Shown: piece after piece, positions 20,414-34,853 of the stretch | Layout: each line of letters begins with the position of its first letter | Numbering within the stretch: the stretch's first letter is position 1 | DNA from: an uncultured Pelagibacteraceae bacterium | GTDB taxonomy: Bacteria; Pseudomonadota; Alphaproteobacteria; Pelagibacterales; Pelagibacteraceae | DNA length: 64,000 nucleotides | Reading direction: 5' to 3' | NCBI GenBank assembly: GCA_902583345.1 | Contig: CACHVT010000004.1 | Coordinates: 16,162 to 80,161 of the forward strand | Program-made: the position numbers and the translations under genes | The notes under the pieces: generated by a model | What the model saw: only the letters and a program-made list of their open reading frames with translations | Told to the model about the DNA's origin: nothing | The model's database searches: none

Positions 20414-23284
20414 ATGTCCGTTTCAAAAAATATAGAGTTTGAACAAACTTCATTTTTAAGCAAATCTAATAGTGCTTTTATTGAAGATATGTATCGGAAA
20501 TTTATTGAAAAAGATCCAAATCTTCCTGAAAGCTGGAAAAGATATTTTGAAACTTTGGGAGAGGATTTCGATTTAATCCTAAAAGAAATAGAAGGACCGA
20601 GCTGGAAGAGAAATAGAAAAAAAATAAATTTAGAAAAAAAAATAAGCGAAAATAAAAACTTTTATAATGATGCAGAAATTGAAAAAGATAAAGCAAACTC
20701 GATTAGAGCAATAGCTTTAATAAGAGCTTATAGAATTAGAGGCCACTTGATTGCAGAACTGGATCCACTTGGTATGATGGAAAGAAAATACCTTCATGAA
20801 TTACATCCGTCAGACCATGGGTTTAATAAAGAAGATTATGATAAGAAAATTTTCCTTTATTCTTATATGGAAAAAGATTATTCAACAGTTAATGAAATAA
20901 TTACTAATTTAAAAAAAATTTATTGCTCTACAATTGGTGTTGAATATATGCATATATCTGATCCGACTGAAAAAGTTTGGTTTAGAAATAGAATGGAAAA
21001 AGGAGAAAATCAAATTAAGTTTACTGATACTGGTAAAAAAGCAATACTAAACAAAATTATCCAGGCTGAGGGTTTTGAAAAATTTTTAGCAAAAAAATAC
21101 GTTGGAACAAAAAGATTTGGATTAGATGGAGCTGAGTCCTTAATTCCTGCAATGGAACAAATAATCAAAAGAGGAGGCCAGCTTGGAGTTAAAGAAATTA
21201 AAATTGGTATGCCACATAGAGGTAGGTTAAATGTCTTAGCAAATGTATTACAAAAATCTTATAAAAGAATTTTCAATGAGTTTGCAGGAGAGATTTCTAA
21301 TCTAGAAGACTCAGCTGGTGATGTTAAATATCACTTAGGAGCTTCGTCAAATAGAGAGTTTGATGGTAATTCAGTTCATGTAAGTTTGACTGATAATCCC
21401 TCACATTTAGAAGCTGTAGATCCTGTTGTGCTTGGACAGACTAGAGCTAAACAATTTTTCCATAAAGATTTAAATAGAAAAAAGGTAATACCTATATTAA
21501 TTCATGGTGATGCAGCTTTCGCAGGACAAGGAGTTGTTGCTGAATGTTTTGCAATGTCTGGTTTGCCAGGTCATAATACTGGCGGCACGATTCACATCAT
21601 TGTAAATAACCAGATAGGTTTTACTACAAGTCCAAGATTTGCAAGATCTAGTCCATATCCCTCAGACCTAGGAAAAGTAGTAGATGCTCCAATTTTGCAT
21701 TGCAATGGTGATGATCCTGAAGCAGTTACTCATTGCGCAAAAATTGCTATCGAGTTTAGACAAAAATTTAATAAAGACGTAGTTTTAGATATGATTTGTT
21801 ATAGAAGATTTGGTCACAATGAAGGAGACGAGCCTTCATTCACTCAACCATTAATGTACAAAAAAATTAGACAACACCCTACTACATTGAATGTTTATGG
21901 AAATAGATTAATCAAGGAAAAAACTATCAATATTGACGAATTTGATAAAATGAAAAATGATTTTAAAAATTTACTTGATGAACAATACAAAACAGCAAAA
22001 GACTATAAGCCAAAAATAGAATGGTATGAGGGAACGTGGTCTAGATATAAACCAGAAAAAGGTAAGGATAAAAGAGGAAAAAGTGGAGTAGATTTATCAA
22101 AGATTGAAAAAATTTCAGAAAAAATTAACACTATTCCTTCAACTATCAGCGTACATAAAACTATTTCTAAGATTTTAGATCAAAGAAAACAGTCTGTTAT
22201 AAATAAAAAAGGAATAGATTGGTCAACGGCTGAAGCATTAGCATTTGGAACATTGCTTGAAGAGGGTTTTCCCGTAAGACTTGTTGGACAAGATACCGGA
22301 AGAGGAACATTTAGCCAGAGACACTCAGTTTTAAGAAATCAAATGGATAATTCACGATATATTCCTTTAAATAATATATCAACTACTCAAAAAAATTTTG
22401 AGGTTGTCGATAGTTTTTTATCAGAGCTTGCTGTCTTAGGTTTTGAATATGGTTATAGCTTGGTTGAACCGAGCACCTTAACTATTTGGGAGGCTCAGTT
22501 TGGAGATTTCGCAAATGGAGCTCAAGTAATTATAGACCAATTTATTTCATCTGGAGAAAGAAAATGGTCTAGGGCTAGTGGAATTGTAATGTTGTTGCCC
22601 CATGGATATGAAGGTCAAGGACCAGAGCATTCATCAGCAAGGTTAGAAAGATTTCTCCAGTTATGTGCACAAGATAATTTACAGGTAATGAATTGTACAA
22701 CTCCTGCAAATTATTTTCATGCTTTAAGACGTCAAATACATAGAGATTTTAGGAAACCACTAGTTATAATGACTCCAAAATCTTTACTGAGAAATAAAAT
22801 GTGTACCTCAAAATTAGACGATTTTAGTAAAAAAAATTCATTTCATAGAGTTTTATGGGATCATGCAATAGATCCTAAAGAAACTAATTTTATAGAACTA
22901 AAAAAGAATAAAGAAATTAAAAAGGTAATTTTATGCTCTGGAAAAATATACTTTGACCTATTGGAAGCTAGGGAAAAAAAGAAAAAAGATGATGTGATAA
23001 TGTTTAGAATAGAGCAGTTATATCCTTTTCCGGTGAAACCGTTAGTTAAAGAAATTGAAAGATATGCTAAAAACGCAAAATTTTACTGGTGTCAAGAAGA
23101 ACCTAAAAATATGGGACCATGGCTTTTAGTGCGAGATTATATTCAATGGACATTAAATCATATAGGAGCTAAAAATAATGAAATCATGTATATTGGTAGA
23201 AATCCTGCTGCATCTCCAGCTACTGGTTACGCTAAAAGACATATAGCGCAGCAGAAAGAAATAATAGATAAAGTTTTTGAATAA
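20414..23284 (+). CDS. sucA: 2-oxoglutarate dehydrogenase E1
   Basis: [25 protein letters not shown] and GPEHSSAR. Confidence 0.98.
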   Translation: MSVSKNIEFEQTSFLSKSNSAFIEDMYRKFIEKDPNLPESWKRYFETLGEDFDLILKEIEGPSWKRNRKKINLEKKISENKNFYNDAEIEKDKANSIRAIALIRAYRIRGHLIAELDPLGMMERKYLHELHPSDHGFNKEDYDKKIFLYSYMEKDYSTVNEIITNLKKIYCSTIGVEYMHISDPTEKVWFRNRMEKGENQIKFTDTGKKAILNKIIQAEGFEKFLAKKYVGTKRFGLDGAESLIPAMEQIIKRGGQLGVKEIKIGMPHRGRLNVLANVLQKSYKRIFNEFAGEISNLEDSAGDVKYHLGASSNREFDGNSVHVSLTDNPSHLEAVDPVVLGQTRAKQFFHKDLNRKKVIPILIHGDAAFAGQGVVAECFAMSGLPGHNTGGTIHIIVNNQIGFTTSPRFARSSPYPSDLGKVVDAPILHCNGDDPEAVTHCAKIAIEFRQKFNKDVVLDMICYRRFGHNEGDEPSFTQPLMYKKIRQHPTTLNVYGNRLIKEKTINIDEFDKMKNDFKNLLDEQYKTAKDYKPKIEWYEGTWSRYKPEKGKDKRGKSGVDLSKIEKISEKINTIPSTISVHKTISKILDQRKQSVINKKGIDWSTAEALAFGTLLEEGFPVRLVGQDTGRGTFSQRHSVLRNQMDNSRYIPLNNISTTQKNFEVVDSFLSELAVLGFEYGYSLVEPSTLTIWEAQFGDFANGAQVIIDQFISSGERKWSRASGIVMLLPHGYEGQGPEHSSARLERFLQLCAQDNLQVMNCTTPANYFHALRRQIHRDFRKPLVIMTPKSLLRNKMCTSKLDDFSKKNSFHRVLWDHAIDPKETNFIELKKNKEIKKVILCSGKIYFDLLEAREKKKKDDVIMFRIEQLYPFPVKPLVKEIERYAKNAKFYWCQEEPKNMGPWLLVRDYIQWTLNHIGAKNNEIMYIGRNPAASPATGYAKRHIAQQKEIIDKVFE

Positions 23285-23286
23285 AT

Positions 23287-24606
23287 ATGAGTGAAAAAAT
23301 TGTAGTACCAGCATTAGGCGAAAGTATAACTGAAGCGACAGTTGCTAAATGGTTAAAAAACACTGGTGATACTGTAGAAGTAGATGAACCAATTGTTGAG
23401 TTAGAGACTGATAAAGTTAATCTTGAAGTTCCTTCACCAGTTAATGGTGTATTAGGAAAAATAAGTGCTAGTGAAGGTGATACAGTTGAGGTTGGTTCTA
23501 CATTAGGACATGTAAACTTTAACTCAAAAGGTCAGATCTCTACTGATTTAAAAGAGGAAGAGGAAAAAAAAAATGAAAATAATGTTGTAAATATAGATCT
23601 TGAAAAAAAAAGAGAACAGGAACAAATTAAAATTTTAAAAGAAGAAAAATTTGCAAATCCAGATGAAGAATCTTCAGAAGATGAGCCACTAGTATTAGAA
23701 GATGAATCATTAGTTTTAACTAATGAGGTTGAAGAAAAAGCAGAAGATAGGCAAAATCTTTCTCCAGCAGTTCGAAAAATTGTCGCTGAAAAAAAAATAG
23801 ATATAGAAAAAGTTAAAGGATCAGGAAAAGATGGAAGAGTGCTTAAAGGAGATTTAATTAACTTAATGGGAGTTAATCCTGGACCCGCCGAAAGAAAAAT
23901 TAAATATGGTCATGAGGAAAGAATTAAGATGACAAGATTAAGACAAACAATTGCCAAAAGATTAAAACAAGCACAAGAAAATGCAGCCTTGCTTACTACT
24001 TTTAATGAAGTAGATATGACCAATATCGTAGAAATGAGAAAAGAAAACCAGGATGATTTTCAGAATAGATATAAAATCAAATTGGGATTTATGTCTTTCT
24101 TTGTGAAAGCTTGTGTTGTTGCGCTAAAAAATTTTCCTGCTGTTAACGCGGAAATTGAAGGTGATGAAATAGTATACAAAAATTATTATAATATTAGTTT
24201 TGCAGTTGGGACAGAAAAGGGACTTGTCGTTCCAGTTTTAAGAAATGCTGATGAATTATCATTTGCTGATATTGAAAAAAATATTAAAAACCTTTCTGAA
24301 AAAGCTAAAGATGGAAAACTAACAATTGAAGATCTTCAGGGAGGCACATTTACTATTAGCAATGGTGGTGTTTATGGTTCCATGTTGTCGACTCCTATAC
24401 TTAACTTACCACAGTCTGGAGTATTAGGTATGCACAACATTGTAGATAGACCGTTTGTAGTTGACGGGGAAATTAAAATTAGACCACTTATGTATTTGGC
24501 ATTATCCTATGACCATAGGATTATAGATGGAAAAGACTCTGTATCATTTTTAAGAATGATAAAAGAGAACTTAGAAGACCCAAGAAGGTTATTTTTAAAT
24601 ATTTAA
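23287..24606 (+). CDS. sucB: Dihydrolipoamide succinyltransferase E2
   Basis: Lipoyl motif ETDKV, E3-binding GSGKDGRV and catalytic YDHRIIDG. Confidence 0.97.
   Translation: MSEKIVVPALGESITEATVAKWLKNTGDTVEVDEPIVELETDKVNLEVPSPVNGVLGKISASEGDTVEVGSTLGHVNFNSKGQISTDLKEEEEKKNENNVVNIDLEKKREQEQIKILKEEKFANPDEESSEDEPLVLEDESLVLTNEVEEKAEDRQNLSPAVRKIVAEKKIDIEKVKGSGKDGRVLKGDLINLMGVNPGPAERKIKYGHEERIKMTRLRQTIAKRLKQAQENAALLTTFNEVDMTNIVEMRKENQDDFQNRYKIKLGFMSFFVKACVVALKNFPAVNAEIEGDEIVYKNYYNISFAVGTEKGLVVPVLRNADELSFADIEKNIKNLSEKAKDGKLTIEDLQGGTFTISNGGVYGSMLSTPILNLPQSGVLGMHNIVDRPFVVDGEIKIRPLMYLALSYDHRIIDGKDSVSFLRMIKENLEDPRRLFLNI
23677..23718 (+). repeat. Imperfect 21-bp tandem duplication in the sucB linker
   Basis: gaagatgagccactagtatta / gaagatgaatcattagtttta, encoding [14 protein letters not shown]. 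Confidence 0.6.
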
Positions 24607-26004
24607 ATGTCAGAAAAATTTCAAGCTATTGTTATTGGTGGAGGTCCCGGAGGATACGTTTGCGCCATAAGATTATCTCAATTGGGGATAAAAACGGCAT
24701 GTATTGATGCGGGGGGAAAACTAGGTGGAACCTGTTTAAATATAGGTTGCATACCTTCAAAAAGCTTACTTAATTTGTCAGAAAACTTTAATAAAGCAAA
24801 AAAATTTTCTAATCTTGGAATAGAAGTAGGCCAAGTTAAATTAAATTTAGATAAAATAATGCAAAATAAAAATAGAGCTGTAGAGACATTAACCAAAGGT
24901 ATAGAATTTTTATTTAAAAAAAATAAGGTTTCATATTTTAAAGGAATTGCTAGTTTTCAAACTGAAAAAAAAATTTTAGTTAAAGATAAAAAAAAGGAAA
25001 CTATAATTGAAGCAGATAAAGTAATTATTAGCACTGGTTCAGAGCCTTTATCATTACCAGGAATTGAATTTGATGAAGAGATAATTTTATCCTCGACAGG
25101 TGCATTATCTCTTAAAAAAATACCAAAAAAAATGATAATAGTTGGTGCAGGTTACATAGGCTTAGAAATGGGATCAGTTTGGATGAGATTTGGAACTGAA
25201 GTTCATGTAGTAGAATTCCTTGATCATATAACACCAGGAATGGATAGAGAAATTTCAAAAGAATTCATGAAAATTCTAAAGAAGCAAGGAATGAAATTTC
25301 ATTTACAAACAAAGTTGGAAAGTATTAAAAAAACCAATAATGGAGCCAAGGTCCTTGTAAAGGACATAGACGGAAAAAAAATTGATTTTGATTGTGATGC
25401 AGTATTAATTTCAGTTGGAAGAAAACCAAATACGAAAAAACTAAACCTAGAAAAAATAAATATTAATTTAGATAATAAAAAACGAATTAAAACAAAAAAT
25501 AACTTTGAAACAAACGTAAAAAATATTTATGCAATAGGTGATGTAATATCTGGTCCAATGTTAGCTCATAAAGCTGAGGAAGAGGGTATTGCTGTTGCAG
25601 AATTAATTGCGGGTCAATCTGGACATGTAAATTATGATGTAATCCCAGGGGTAATTTATACTTCACCTGAAGTGGCATCAATTGGTAAAACAGAGGAACA
25701 ATTAAAACAATCTAATAAAAAGTATAAAGTAGGAAAATTTCCCTTTCTAGCTAATTCAAGAGCTAAGGCTATTGATGAACCAGAGGGTTTTGTAAAAATA
25801 TTAGCTGACGAAAAAACTGATAAAATATTGGGTGTCCATATGATAGGGCCACATGCGGGAGAGATGATTGCAGAAATAGGGATTGCCATGGAATTTGGAG
25901 CCAGCTCAGAAGATATTGCAAGAACCTGCCATGCTCATCCCACTTTTTCAGAAGCTATAAAAGAAGCTGCTTTATCAGTGGATAAAAGAGCAATACACTC
26001 TTAA
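24607..26004 (+). CDS. lpdA: Dihydrolipoamide dehydrogenase E3
   Basis: GGGPGG, GGTCLNIGC and HAHPTFSE. Confidence 0.98.
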   Translation: MSEKFQAIVIGGGPGGYVCAIRLSQLGIKTACIDAGGKLGGTCLNIGCIPSKSLLNLSENFNKAKKFSNLGIEVGQVKLNLDKIMQNKNRAVETLTKGIEFLFKKNKVSYFKGIASFQTEKKILVKDKKKETIIEADKVIISTGSEPLSLPGIEFDEEIILSSTGALSLKKIPKKMIIVGAGYIGLEMGSVWMRFGTEVHVVEFLDHITPGMDREISKEFMKILKKQGMKFHLQTKLESIKKTNNGAKVLVKDIDGKKIDFDCDAVLISVGRKPNTKKLNLEKININLDNKKRIKTKNNFETNVKNIYAIGDVISGPMLAHKAEEEGIAVAELIAGQSGHVNYDVIPGVIYTSPEVASIGKTEEQLKQSNKKYKVGKFPFLANSRAKAIDEPEGFVKILADEKTDKILGVHMIGPHAGEMIAEIGIAMEFGASSEDIARTCHAHPTFSEAIKEAALSVDKRAIHS

Positions 26005-26026
26005 TAAATTTTCATAATATATCTAA

Positions 26027-27988
26027 ATGAAAGTTCCGATTCTTTTACCAAATATTTTTAATCATCCTTTTACATACAAGTCAGACATTAGACTAAAAAC
26101 TGGTGATTATGTTGTTGTTCCTTTTGGTAAAACTAAACTAACAGGAGTGGTTTGGGATCATTTCCAAACCAATAATAAGAAAAATTTTCATACCAAAAAC
26201 GTTATAAGAAAACTCAAAACTGAGCCTTTAAACACAAACACAATTAAATTTTTAAATTGGTTTTCTGAATATAATTTAATCCCAAAAGGTATGGCATTAA
26301 AATTACATTTGATTAGTAACGAAGCAGTAGAAAATCTGCCTGAAAAAGAATTTCAAATATATAAATTTTATAAAAAAATTAGCAATTTCAAGCTTTCTGA
26401 AGAACAAAAAAAAAGTTTTATTGAATTAAAAGTTAAAAATAATCGATTTAGAGTACATGTGTTACAAGGAACAACGGGGTCAGGAAAAACCATTGTTTAT
26501 TTTAATTCCATTCAAGATAGGCTAGACAAAGATTTTCAAGGATTAATTTTATTGCCTGAGATAGGATTGACATCTGAATTTGAAAAAAAATTTGTTGAGT
26601 TTTTTGGTTTTACACCAGCAATTTGGCATTCTGGAATTTCTAAAAAGAAGAAGAAAATTATTTGGAATGGATTGTCAAAAGGTAACATTAAAGTAGTTAT
26701 AGGTGCACGATCCGCATTATTTTTACCTTTTAAAAAATTAGGAATCATAATAGTAGATGAAGAACATGATCAATCTTACAAACAAGACGAAGGTGTAATT
26801 TATAATGCACGCGATATGGCTATTTCGAGAGCATCTTTTGAAAATATTCCTATTAATCTTATAACAGCAGTTCCTTCATTAGAAACATATGAAAATATGA
26901 TAAAAAAAAAATATACTTATTCCAGAATTATAAGCAGGTATAAAAATGCACAACTGCCAAAACATGAAATAATTGACCTAAACAAATACAATCTTAAATC
27001 TCAATCTTGGATTTCACTAAAAACTATTGAAAAGGTAAATAGTCATTTACAAAATGGAGACCAGGTGCTTTTTTTTATTAATCGAAGAGGTTTTTCACCA
27101 TATGTTTTTTGTAAAAATTGTTTAAAAGTTTATTCATGTCCACATTGTTCAATAAATTTAGTTTACCATAAAAATAAAAAAAATCTTTTGTGTCATTACT
27201 GTGGTTTCAAAACAGCTTTAAAAAGAAGTTGTGAAAGGAATATAAGTGGAAATTGTAAGTTTACTTTTAGTGGGCCGGGTGTAGAACGAATATCTGAGGA
27301 AATTAAAATTTTTTTTCCAAAATATAATTCATTAATATTTTCAAGCGATACAATGAATAAAAAATCATCGTTATCCGACTTACAAAAAATTACAAATAAT
27401 GAGGTTCAAATCTTAATTGGAACTCAGTTAATATCTAAAGGCTACCATTTTCCAAATCTAAACTGTATTGTAGTTTTAGATGTAGACTTGACATCATCAG
27501 GACATGACTTGAGAGGTGCAGAAAAAAATCTTCAACTATATCATCAGTTATCTGGTAGAGCAGGTAGAACTGGAAATCCTGCCATAGTTTATTTTCAAAC
27601 ATACAATTTGAGCTCTGATATTATTTCTAAAATAACTAATTCGGATCCATTTATTTTTTTGGAAAACGAATTAAAAATAAGAAAAAAAAATAATCTTCCA
27701 CCGTTTGAAAGATTTATTTCTTTAATTTTGACCTCAAAAGATGAAAAAAAATTAGATTTAGAGTCTCATAGGTTAAAACAACATTTAGTAAATAATATAA
27801 GTGGTAAAATTTTAGGACCAATTAATGCACCAATCTATAAGATAAGAAAAAAATTTAGAAATAGGTTTTTAATAAGAACTAAAAAATCAGTAAAAATTCA
27901 AGAGTCCCTTAGTTCGACACTTAAAAAATTTGATTTTTCCCCTGGAATGAAACTGTCAGTTGATGTTGATCCAATAAGCTTTAATTAG
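26027..27988 (+). CDS. priA: Primosomal protein N' helicase
   Basis: GTTGSGKT, DEEHD, NRRG, Cys-rich Zn region and C-terminal VDVDP. Confidence 0.96.
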   Translation: MKVPILLPNIFNHPFTYKSDIRLKTGDYVVVPFGKTKLTGVVWDHFQTNNKKNFHTKNVIRKLKTEPLNTNTIKFLNWFSEYNLIPKGMALKLHLISNEAVENLPEKEFQIYKFYKKISNFKLSEEQKKSFIELKVKNNRFRVHVLQGTTGSGKTIVYFNSIQDRLDKDFQGLILLPEIGLTSEFEKKFVEFFGFTPAIWHSGISKKKKKIIWNGLSKGNIKVVIGARSALFLPFKKLGIIIVDEEHDQSYKQDEGVIYNARDMAISRASFENIPINLITAVPSLETYENMIKKKYTYSRIISRYKNAQLPKHEIIDLNKYNLKSQSWISLKTIEKVNSHLQNGDQVLFFINRRGFSPYVFCKNCLKVYSCPHCSINLVYHKNKKNLLCHYCGFKTALKRSCERNISGNCKFTFSGPGVERISEEIKIFFPKYNSLIFSSDTMNKKSSLSDLQKITNNEVQILIGTQLISKGYHFPNLNCIVVLDVDLTSSGHDLRGAEKNLQLYHQLSGRAGRTGNPAIVYFQTYNLSSDIISKITNSDPFIFLENELKIRKKNNLPPFERFISLILTSKDEKKLDLESHRLKQHLVNNISGKILGPINAPIYKIRKKFRNRFLIRTKKSVKIQESLSSTLKKFDFSPGMKLSVDVDPISFN

Positions 27989-28008
27989 TTGTTAAAAAAT
28001 AAGAAATT

Positions 28009-28037
28009 TTGACAATCTGCTGCTTGAACAGCATAAT
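28009..28037 (+). promoter_or_regulatory. sigma70 promoter of the F1 ATP synthase operon
   Basis: TTGACA(28009-14)-N17-CATAAT(28032-37). Confidence 0.6.
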
Positions 28038-28095
28038 TTCATATGCTAGTTAACTTCAAAATTTTGAAAAACTTCAAATATTAATAAGGTATAAA

Positions 28096-28653
28096 GTGAG
28101 TAAAAACAAAACTTTTTCTGATACATCCGTACATAGATATTCACTAGCACTTTATGAACTAGCAAATGAAGATGGAAAATTAGAAGAAATAGAAAAAAAT
28201 TCAAATTTTTTTACAAGTCTTATAACTAATAATGAAGAACTCAAATTATTAATAAAAAATCCAACTATTAAAAAAAAAGATTTACACTTTATTATCTTGA
28301 AAATGGCTGAGCAGTTTAAGTTAAACGATCTGATGACTAAATTTTTAGGTTTTTTAATTTCGAAGAGAAGATTTTTTTTCGTTGAAAAAATATTGAGTGA
28401 TTTCATTGAAACTTGTTCAAAAAAAAGAGGTGAGGTAAAGGCAGAGTTATCATCTGCAAAAGAACTTTCTGAAAGTGAAATAAATGATATAAAGAAAGAA
28501 TTGGAAAAAAATTTCAGCTCTCAAATAAAATTAAACTATAAATATGACCCTAGTTTGATAGGTGGTTTGGTAGTTCAAGTTGGAAGCACAATGATTGATA
28601 CTTCAATTAAAAATAAATTACAAAAAATAGAAAATAGAATGATTGAGGCTTAA
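28096..28653 (+). CDS. atpH: ATP synthase F1 delta
   Basis: RYSLALY and DPSLIGGLVVQVGS..IDTS; GTG start. Confidence 0.95.
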   Translation: MSKNKTFSDTSVHRYSLALYELANEDGKLEEIEKNSNFFTSLITNNEELKLLIKNPTIKKKDLHFIILKMAEQFKLNDLMTKFLGFLISKRRFFFVEKILSDFIETCSKKRGEVKAELSSAKELSESEINDIKKELEKNFSSQIKLNYKYDPSLIGGLVVQVGSTMIDTSIKNKLQKIENRMIEA

Positions 28654-30189
28654 ATGGAAATAAATCCTTCAGAAGTAACTAAGATTTTAAAAGAGCAAAT
28701 AAAAAATTTTGGAAACAAGGCTGAAATTACAGAGGTTGGCCAAGTTCTATCAGTAGGTGATGGAATTGCTAGAATCTATGGACTTGATAATGTTCAAGCT
28801 GGGGAGATGGTAGAATTTGCTGATGGGTCCAAGGGCATGGCATTAAACTTAGAAAGTGAAAACGTTGGTGTCGTTATCTTTGGTGACGATAAAGCTATAA
28901 AAGAAGGTGATACTGTAAAAAGAACAGGAGCAATTGTTGATACTCCTGTTGGAAAAGAATTGTTAGGAAGGGTAGTAGACGGTTTGGGAAACCCAATAGA
29001 TGGTAAGGGAGTATTAGATAAAGGAGTTAAAAGAAGCAGAGTCGAAGTAAAAGCTCCAGGAATAATCCCAAGGAAATCAGTGAGTGAACCTATGCAAACT
29101 GGATTAAAATCTATTGATAGCCTTGTTCCAATTGGAAGAGGACAAAGAGAATTAATTATTGGTGATAGACAAACTGGAAAAACAGCAGTTGCAATAGATG
29201 CAATTATAAATCAAAAAAAAATAAACGAATCTAATGATGAGAAGCAAAAATTGTATTGTGTTTATGTAGCGATTGGTCAGAAAAGATCGACAGTCAGACA
29301 AATTGAAAAAACCTTAGAAGAGGCCGGAGCGATGGAATACACAACTATTGTTGCTGCAACCGCTTCTGATGCAGCTCCACTTCAGTTTTTGGCTCCTTAT
29401 ACCGGGTGTACGATGGGAGAATATTTCAGAGACAATGGTATGCATGCTTTAATTATTTACGATGATCTTTCTAAGCAAGCAGTAGCTTATAGACAAATGT
29501 CTCTTTTATTAAGAAGACCTCCTGGAAGAGAAGCATATCCAGGCGATGTATTTTATTTGCATAGTAGACTTCTTGAGAGAGCTGCTAAATTGAGTGATGA
29601 ACATGGTGGAGGATCTTTAACTGCTCTTCCAATTATTGAGACACAAGGTGGGGATGTTTCTGCTTTTATACCCACAAATGTTATTTCAATTACAGATGGT
29701 CAAATATTTTTGGAAACAGAATTATTTAATCAAGGTATCAGACCAGCAATAAACGTAGGATTGTCAGTTTCAAGAGTTGGATCCTCTGCTCAAACAAAGG
29801 CTATGAAAAAAGTTTCTGGATCTATGAAACTAGAACTCGCACAATACAGAGAAATGGCTGCATTTGCCCAATTCGGATCTGATCTTGATGCATCTACTCA
29901 AAAACTTTTAAATAGAGGTTCAAAATTAACCGAGCTTCTGAAGCAACAACAGTACTCACCTATGACGGTAGCAGAACAAGTAATTTCTGTTTTTTGTGGT
30001 GTGAAAGGATATTTGGATGACATTGATCAAAAAAATATCTCAACTTTTGAAAAAAAAATTATCGAAAAATGTAAATCTGAAAAGCAAGAAATTTTAGATT
30101 CAATAACAAGCTCAGGAAAACTTGAGGAAAATGCGGAAAAATCCCTATCCGAAATTATAACTGAACTTAAAAAAAACTTTAATTCTTAG
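28654..30189 (+). CDS. atpA: ATP synthase F1 alpha
   Basis: GDRQTGKT and [10 protein letters not shown]. Confidence 0.99.
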   Translation: MEINPSEVTKILKEQIKNFGNKAEITEVGQVLSVGDGIARIYGLDNVQAGEMVEFADGSKGMALNLESENVGVVIFGDDKAIKEGDTVKRTGAIVDTPVGKELLGRVVDGLGNPIDGKGVLDKGVKRSRVEVKAPGIIPRKSVSEPMQTGLKSIDSLVPIGRGQRELIIGDRQTGKTAVAIDAIINQKKINESNDEKQKLYCVYVAIGQKRSTVRQIEKTLEEAGAMEYTTIVAATASDAAPLQFLAPYTGCTMGEYFRDNGMHALIIYDDLSKQAVAYRQMSLLLRRPPGREAYPGDVFYLHSRLLERAAKLSDEHGGGSLTALPIIETQGGDVSAFIPTNVISITDGQIFLETELFNQGIRPAINVGLSVSRVGSSAQTKAMKKVSGSMKLELAQYREMAAFAQFGSDLDASTQKLLNRGSKLTELLKQQQYSPMTVAEQVISVFCGVKGYLDDIDQKNISTFEKKIIEKCKSEKQEILDSITSSGKLEENAEKSLSEIITELKKNFNS

Positions 30190-30193
30190 ACAA

Positions 30194-32489
<2,296 letters not shown>

Positions 32490-32490
<1 letters not shown>

Positions 32491-32882
32491 TGAGCAATCA
32501 GTTTAAATTAGAAATAGTTAACCCTGAAAAGTCTTTTCTTTTAAAAGATGATGTGACAGAGGCTGTTATTCCTGCTTATGAAGGTGAAATGGGCATCTTA
32601 AAAGATCATATTTCCCTTATATCTTTCTTAAAGCCCGGATTAATCAAAATATTTTCTAAAGGAGTAGAGGAAAAGTTTTTTGTAGAAGACGGAATTGTTG
32701 AATTTAAAGATAATAATTTAACCATCCTTACCAGCTCAATTTCTAATATTAATGATATGAAAAAGGATAGAATTGATACAATCTTAAAAGAAGCTGAGAA
32801 AAATTCCCAGGATAAAGAAATTAGTGATCAGCAAAAGTATCTTGCAGACCAAAAAATTGAAGTTTTAAAATCTATTAATTAA
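32490..32882 (+). CDS. atpC: ATP synthase F1 epsilon
   Basis: LEIVNPE and GEMGIL..H; follows atpD. Confidence 0.93.
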
Positions 32883-33360
32883 TAATTTTTTTTATTTCTT
32901 TCTCGACTTTCTCATAAACTTCTTTTTTAAAATCAACTACTATTTCTGTAATTTGTCCTATTTCAATCCACTTCCAATCCAAAAATTCAGGATTTTTAGT
33001 TTTTATATTGATTTCATTATCTTTTCCTAAAAACCTAAAAATAAACCACTTTTGTTTTTGTCCTTTATATCGTCCTTTCCAAATAATGCCTATGAGTTTT
33101 GATGGTAGATCGTATTGAGTCCAATCTTGAATTTCCTTTATCAATTTAACATTAAATATACTAGTTTCCTCTTTTAATTCTCTGTATGCAGCATTTAAAA
33201 GATCTTCACCATCATCAACTCCTCCCTGAGGCATCTGCCAAAAATTCTTAGGATTATCAATTCTCTTTGCTACAAAAATTTTATTCTCGTTATTTAAAAC
33301 AACAATGCCAACTCCATTTCTATAAGGAAGTTTTTTAAAATTTTCTTGTTTTTTATCCAT
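32875..33360 (-). CDS. rppH: RNA pyrophosphohydrolase (Nudix)
   Basis: YRNGVG, WQMPQGG...RELKEET and GQKQKWF. Confidence 0.95.
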   Translation of the reverse strand: MDKKQENFKKLPYRNGVGIVVLNNENKIFVAKRIDNPKNFWQMPQGGVDDGEDLLNAAYRELKEETSIFNVKLIKEIQDWTQYDLPSKLIGIIWKGRYKGQKQKWFIFRFLGKDNEINIKTKNPEFLDWKWIEIGQITEIVVDFKKEVYEKVEKEIKKIIN

Positions 33361-34489
33361 TAAGAAGTTTTAATGCAAATTTCAGCTGATTATCACTCTC
33401 AGTATTTATTTTGAAATCTTCATCATTTTCAACTACCTCAATATCTGGCACTATACCAACTTCTGAAATAGACTTGCCCGATGGAAGATAGTATTTGGAA
33501 ATAGTTAATCTTATAGCTCCTTTGTTCTTTAGTGGAATAATTGACTGGACAGATCCTTTTCCATAACTTTGCTCTCCAAGCACTATAGCTCTTTTGTGAT
33601 CCTTTAGGGCTCCAGCTACTATTTCTGATGCAGACGCAGACCCATAGTTAATTAAAACGATTAATGTTTTTCCATCAATTAAGTCACCCTTCTTTGCAAA
33701 AAACTTTTTATTTTCGTACTTATTTCTACTTTTGGTGGATACTATTTCTCCTTCATCAAGAAAGAAATCTGAAATTTTTATAGCTTGTGAGAGCAATCCA
33801 CCAGGATTATTTCTTAAATCTAAAATATAACTTTTTATGGCTTCATTTTTTTTTATTTCTTTAAGTTTATTTTTAATTTGATCACTACTATTTTCATTAA
33901 AAGCATTCAATCTTACATAACCAATCTCATTATCAAGTATTTCAGATTTGACAGATTGAATTTTAATAACTTCTCTAGTAATTTCAAAAATCAACGCTTT
34001 CTTAACATCTTTTCTTCTTACTGTTATTTTTATATCGCTTCCAACCGGCCCTCTCATCAATTCAACAGCCTCTGATAATGATTTTCCTTGAACCTGAATA
34101 TCATTAATCTTCACAATATAGTCTCCTGCTTTTACCCCAGCTTTTGAAGCAGGCGTATCATCAATAGGTGAAATTACTTTTACTACACCAGCCTCCATAC
34201 TAACCTCAATTCCTAATCCACCAAACTCTCCACTTGTCTCTGTTTGCATATTTAATAACATTTCAGGGGACATATAAGATGAATATGGATCTAGAGATTG
34301 TAATACACCATCGATTGCTGCATCCATTACTTCACTTTGGTCAATCTCCTCTACATATTCATTATTAATTTTATTTAAAACCTCGCTGAACAGGTCAATT
34401 TTTTTATATATTTGGGCATTATTTGCTGCATAGCTATCTTTGATAAAAATAAAAAATATAAATAGTATAATTTTTATATATTTTTTCAT
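33353..34489 (-). CDS. ctpA: S41 C-terminal processing protease
   Basis: LDPYS, PDZ domain GGLGI, DLRNNPGG, SASASEI and GKGSVQ. Confidence 0.95.
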   Translation of the reverse strand: MKKYIKIILFIFFIFIKDSYAANNAQIYKKIDLFSEVLNKINNEYVEEIDQSEVMDAAIDGVLQSLDPYSSYMSPEMLLNMQTETSGEFGGLGIEVSMEAGVVKVISPIDDTPASKAGVKAGDYIVKINDIQVQGKSLSEAVELMRGPVGSDIKITVRRKDVKKALIFEITREVIKIQSVKSEILDNEIGYVRLNAFNENSSDQIKNKLKEIKKNEAIKSYILDLRNNPGGLLSQAIKISDFFLDEGEIVSTKSRNKYENKKFFAKKGDLIDGKTLIVLINYGSASASEIVAGALKDHKRAIVLGEQSYGKGSVQSIIPLKNKGAIRLTISKYYLPSGKSISEVGIVPDIEVVENDEDFKINTESDNQLKFALKLLNG

Positions 34490-34836
34490 ATTGTGACTTT
34501 TTCCTTAGGTATTAGCTGAGACCACATTTTTTCTAGTTCATAGAATTTTCTTTTTTCTGGATTAAAAATATGAACTATTAAATCTATACCATCTATTAAT
34601 TTCCATTCATGACTATCAGAGCCTTCAATTTTACAATTCTTAATTCCACTTTTTCTAAATTTTTCTAAAACTTGTTCAGATAAAGCTTGAATATGCCTTG
34701 ATGAAGTTCCACTTGCTATTATCATATAGTCAGCCATTGAACTTTTATTAGCAAGGTCAATGCTAATAATATCTAAAGCTTTATTATTATCTAAAGTTTT
34801 TAAAATAATTTCTTTTAGATTCGTGATTTTATCCAT
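34486..34836 (-). CDS. rsfS: Ribosome silencing factor
   Basis: IIASGTSSRH, W.LID..D.IVH and FYELEKMW. Confidence 0.95.
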   Translation of the reverse strand: MDKITNLKEIILKTLDNNKALDIISIDLANKSSMADYMIIASGTSSRHIQALSEQVLEKFRKSGIKNCKIEGSDSHEWKLIDGIDLIVHIFNPEKRKFYELEKMWSQLIPKEKVTI

Positions 34837-34853
34837 TAAATATTAAAATCTTA

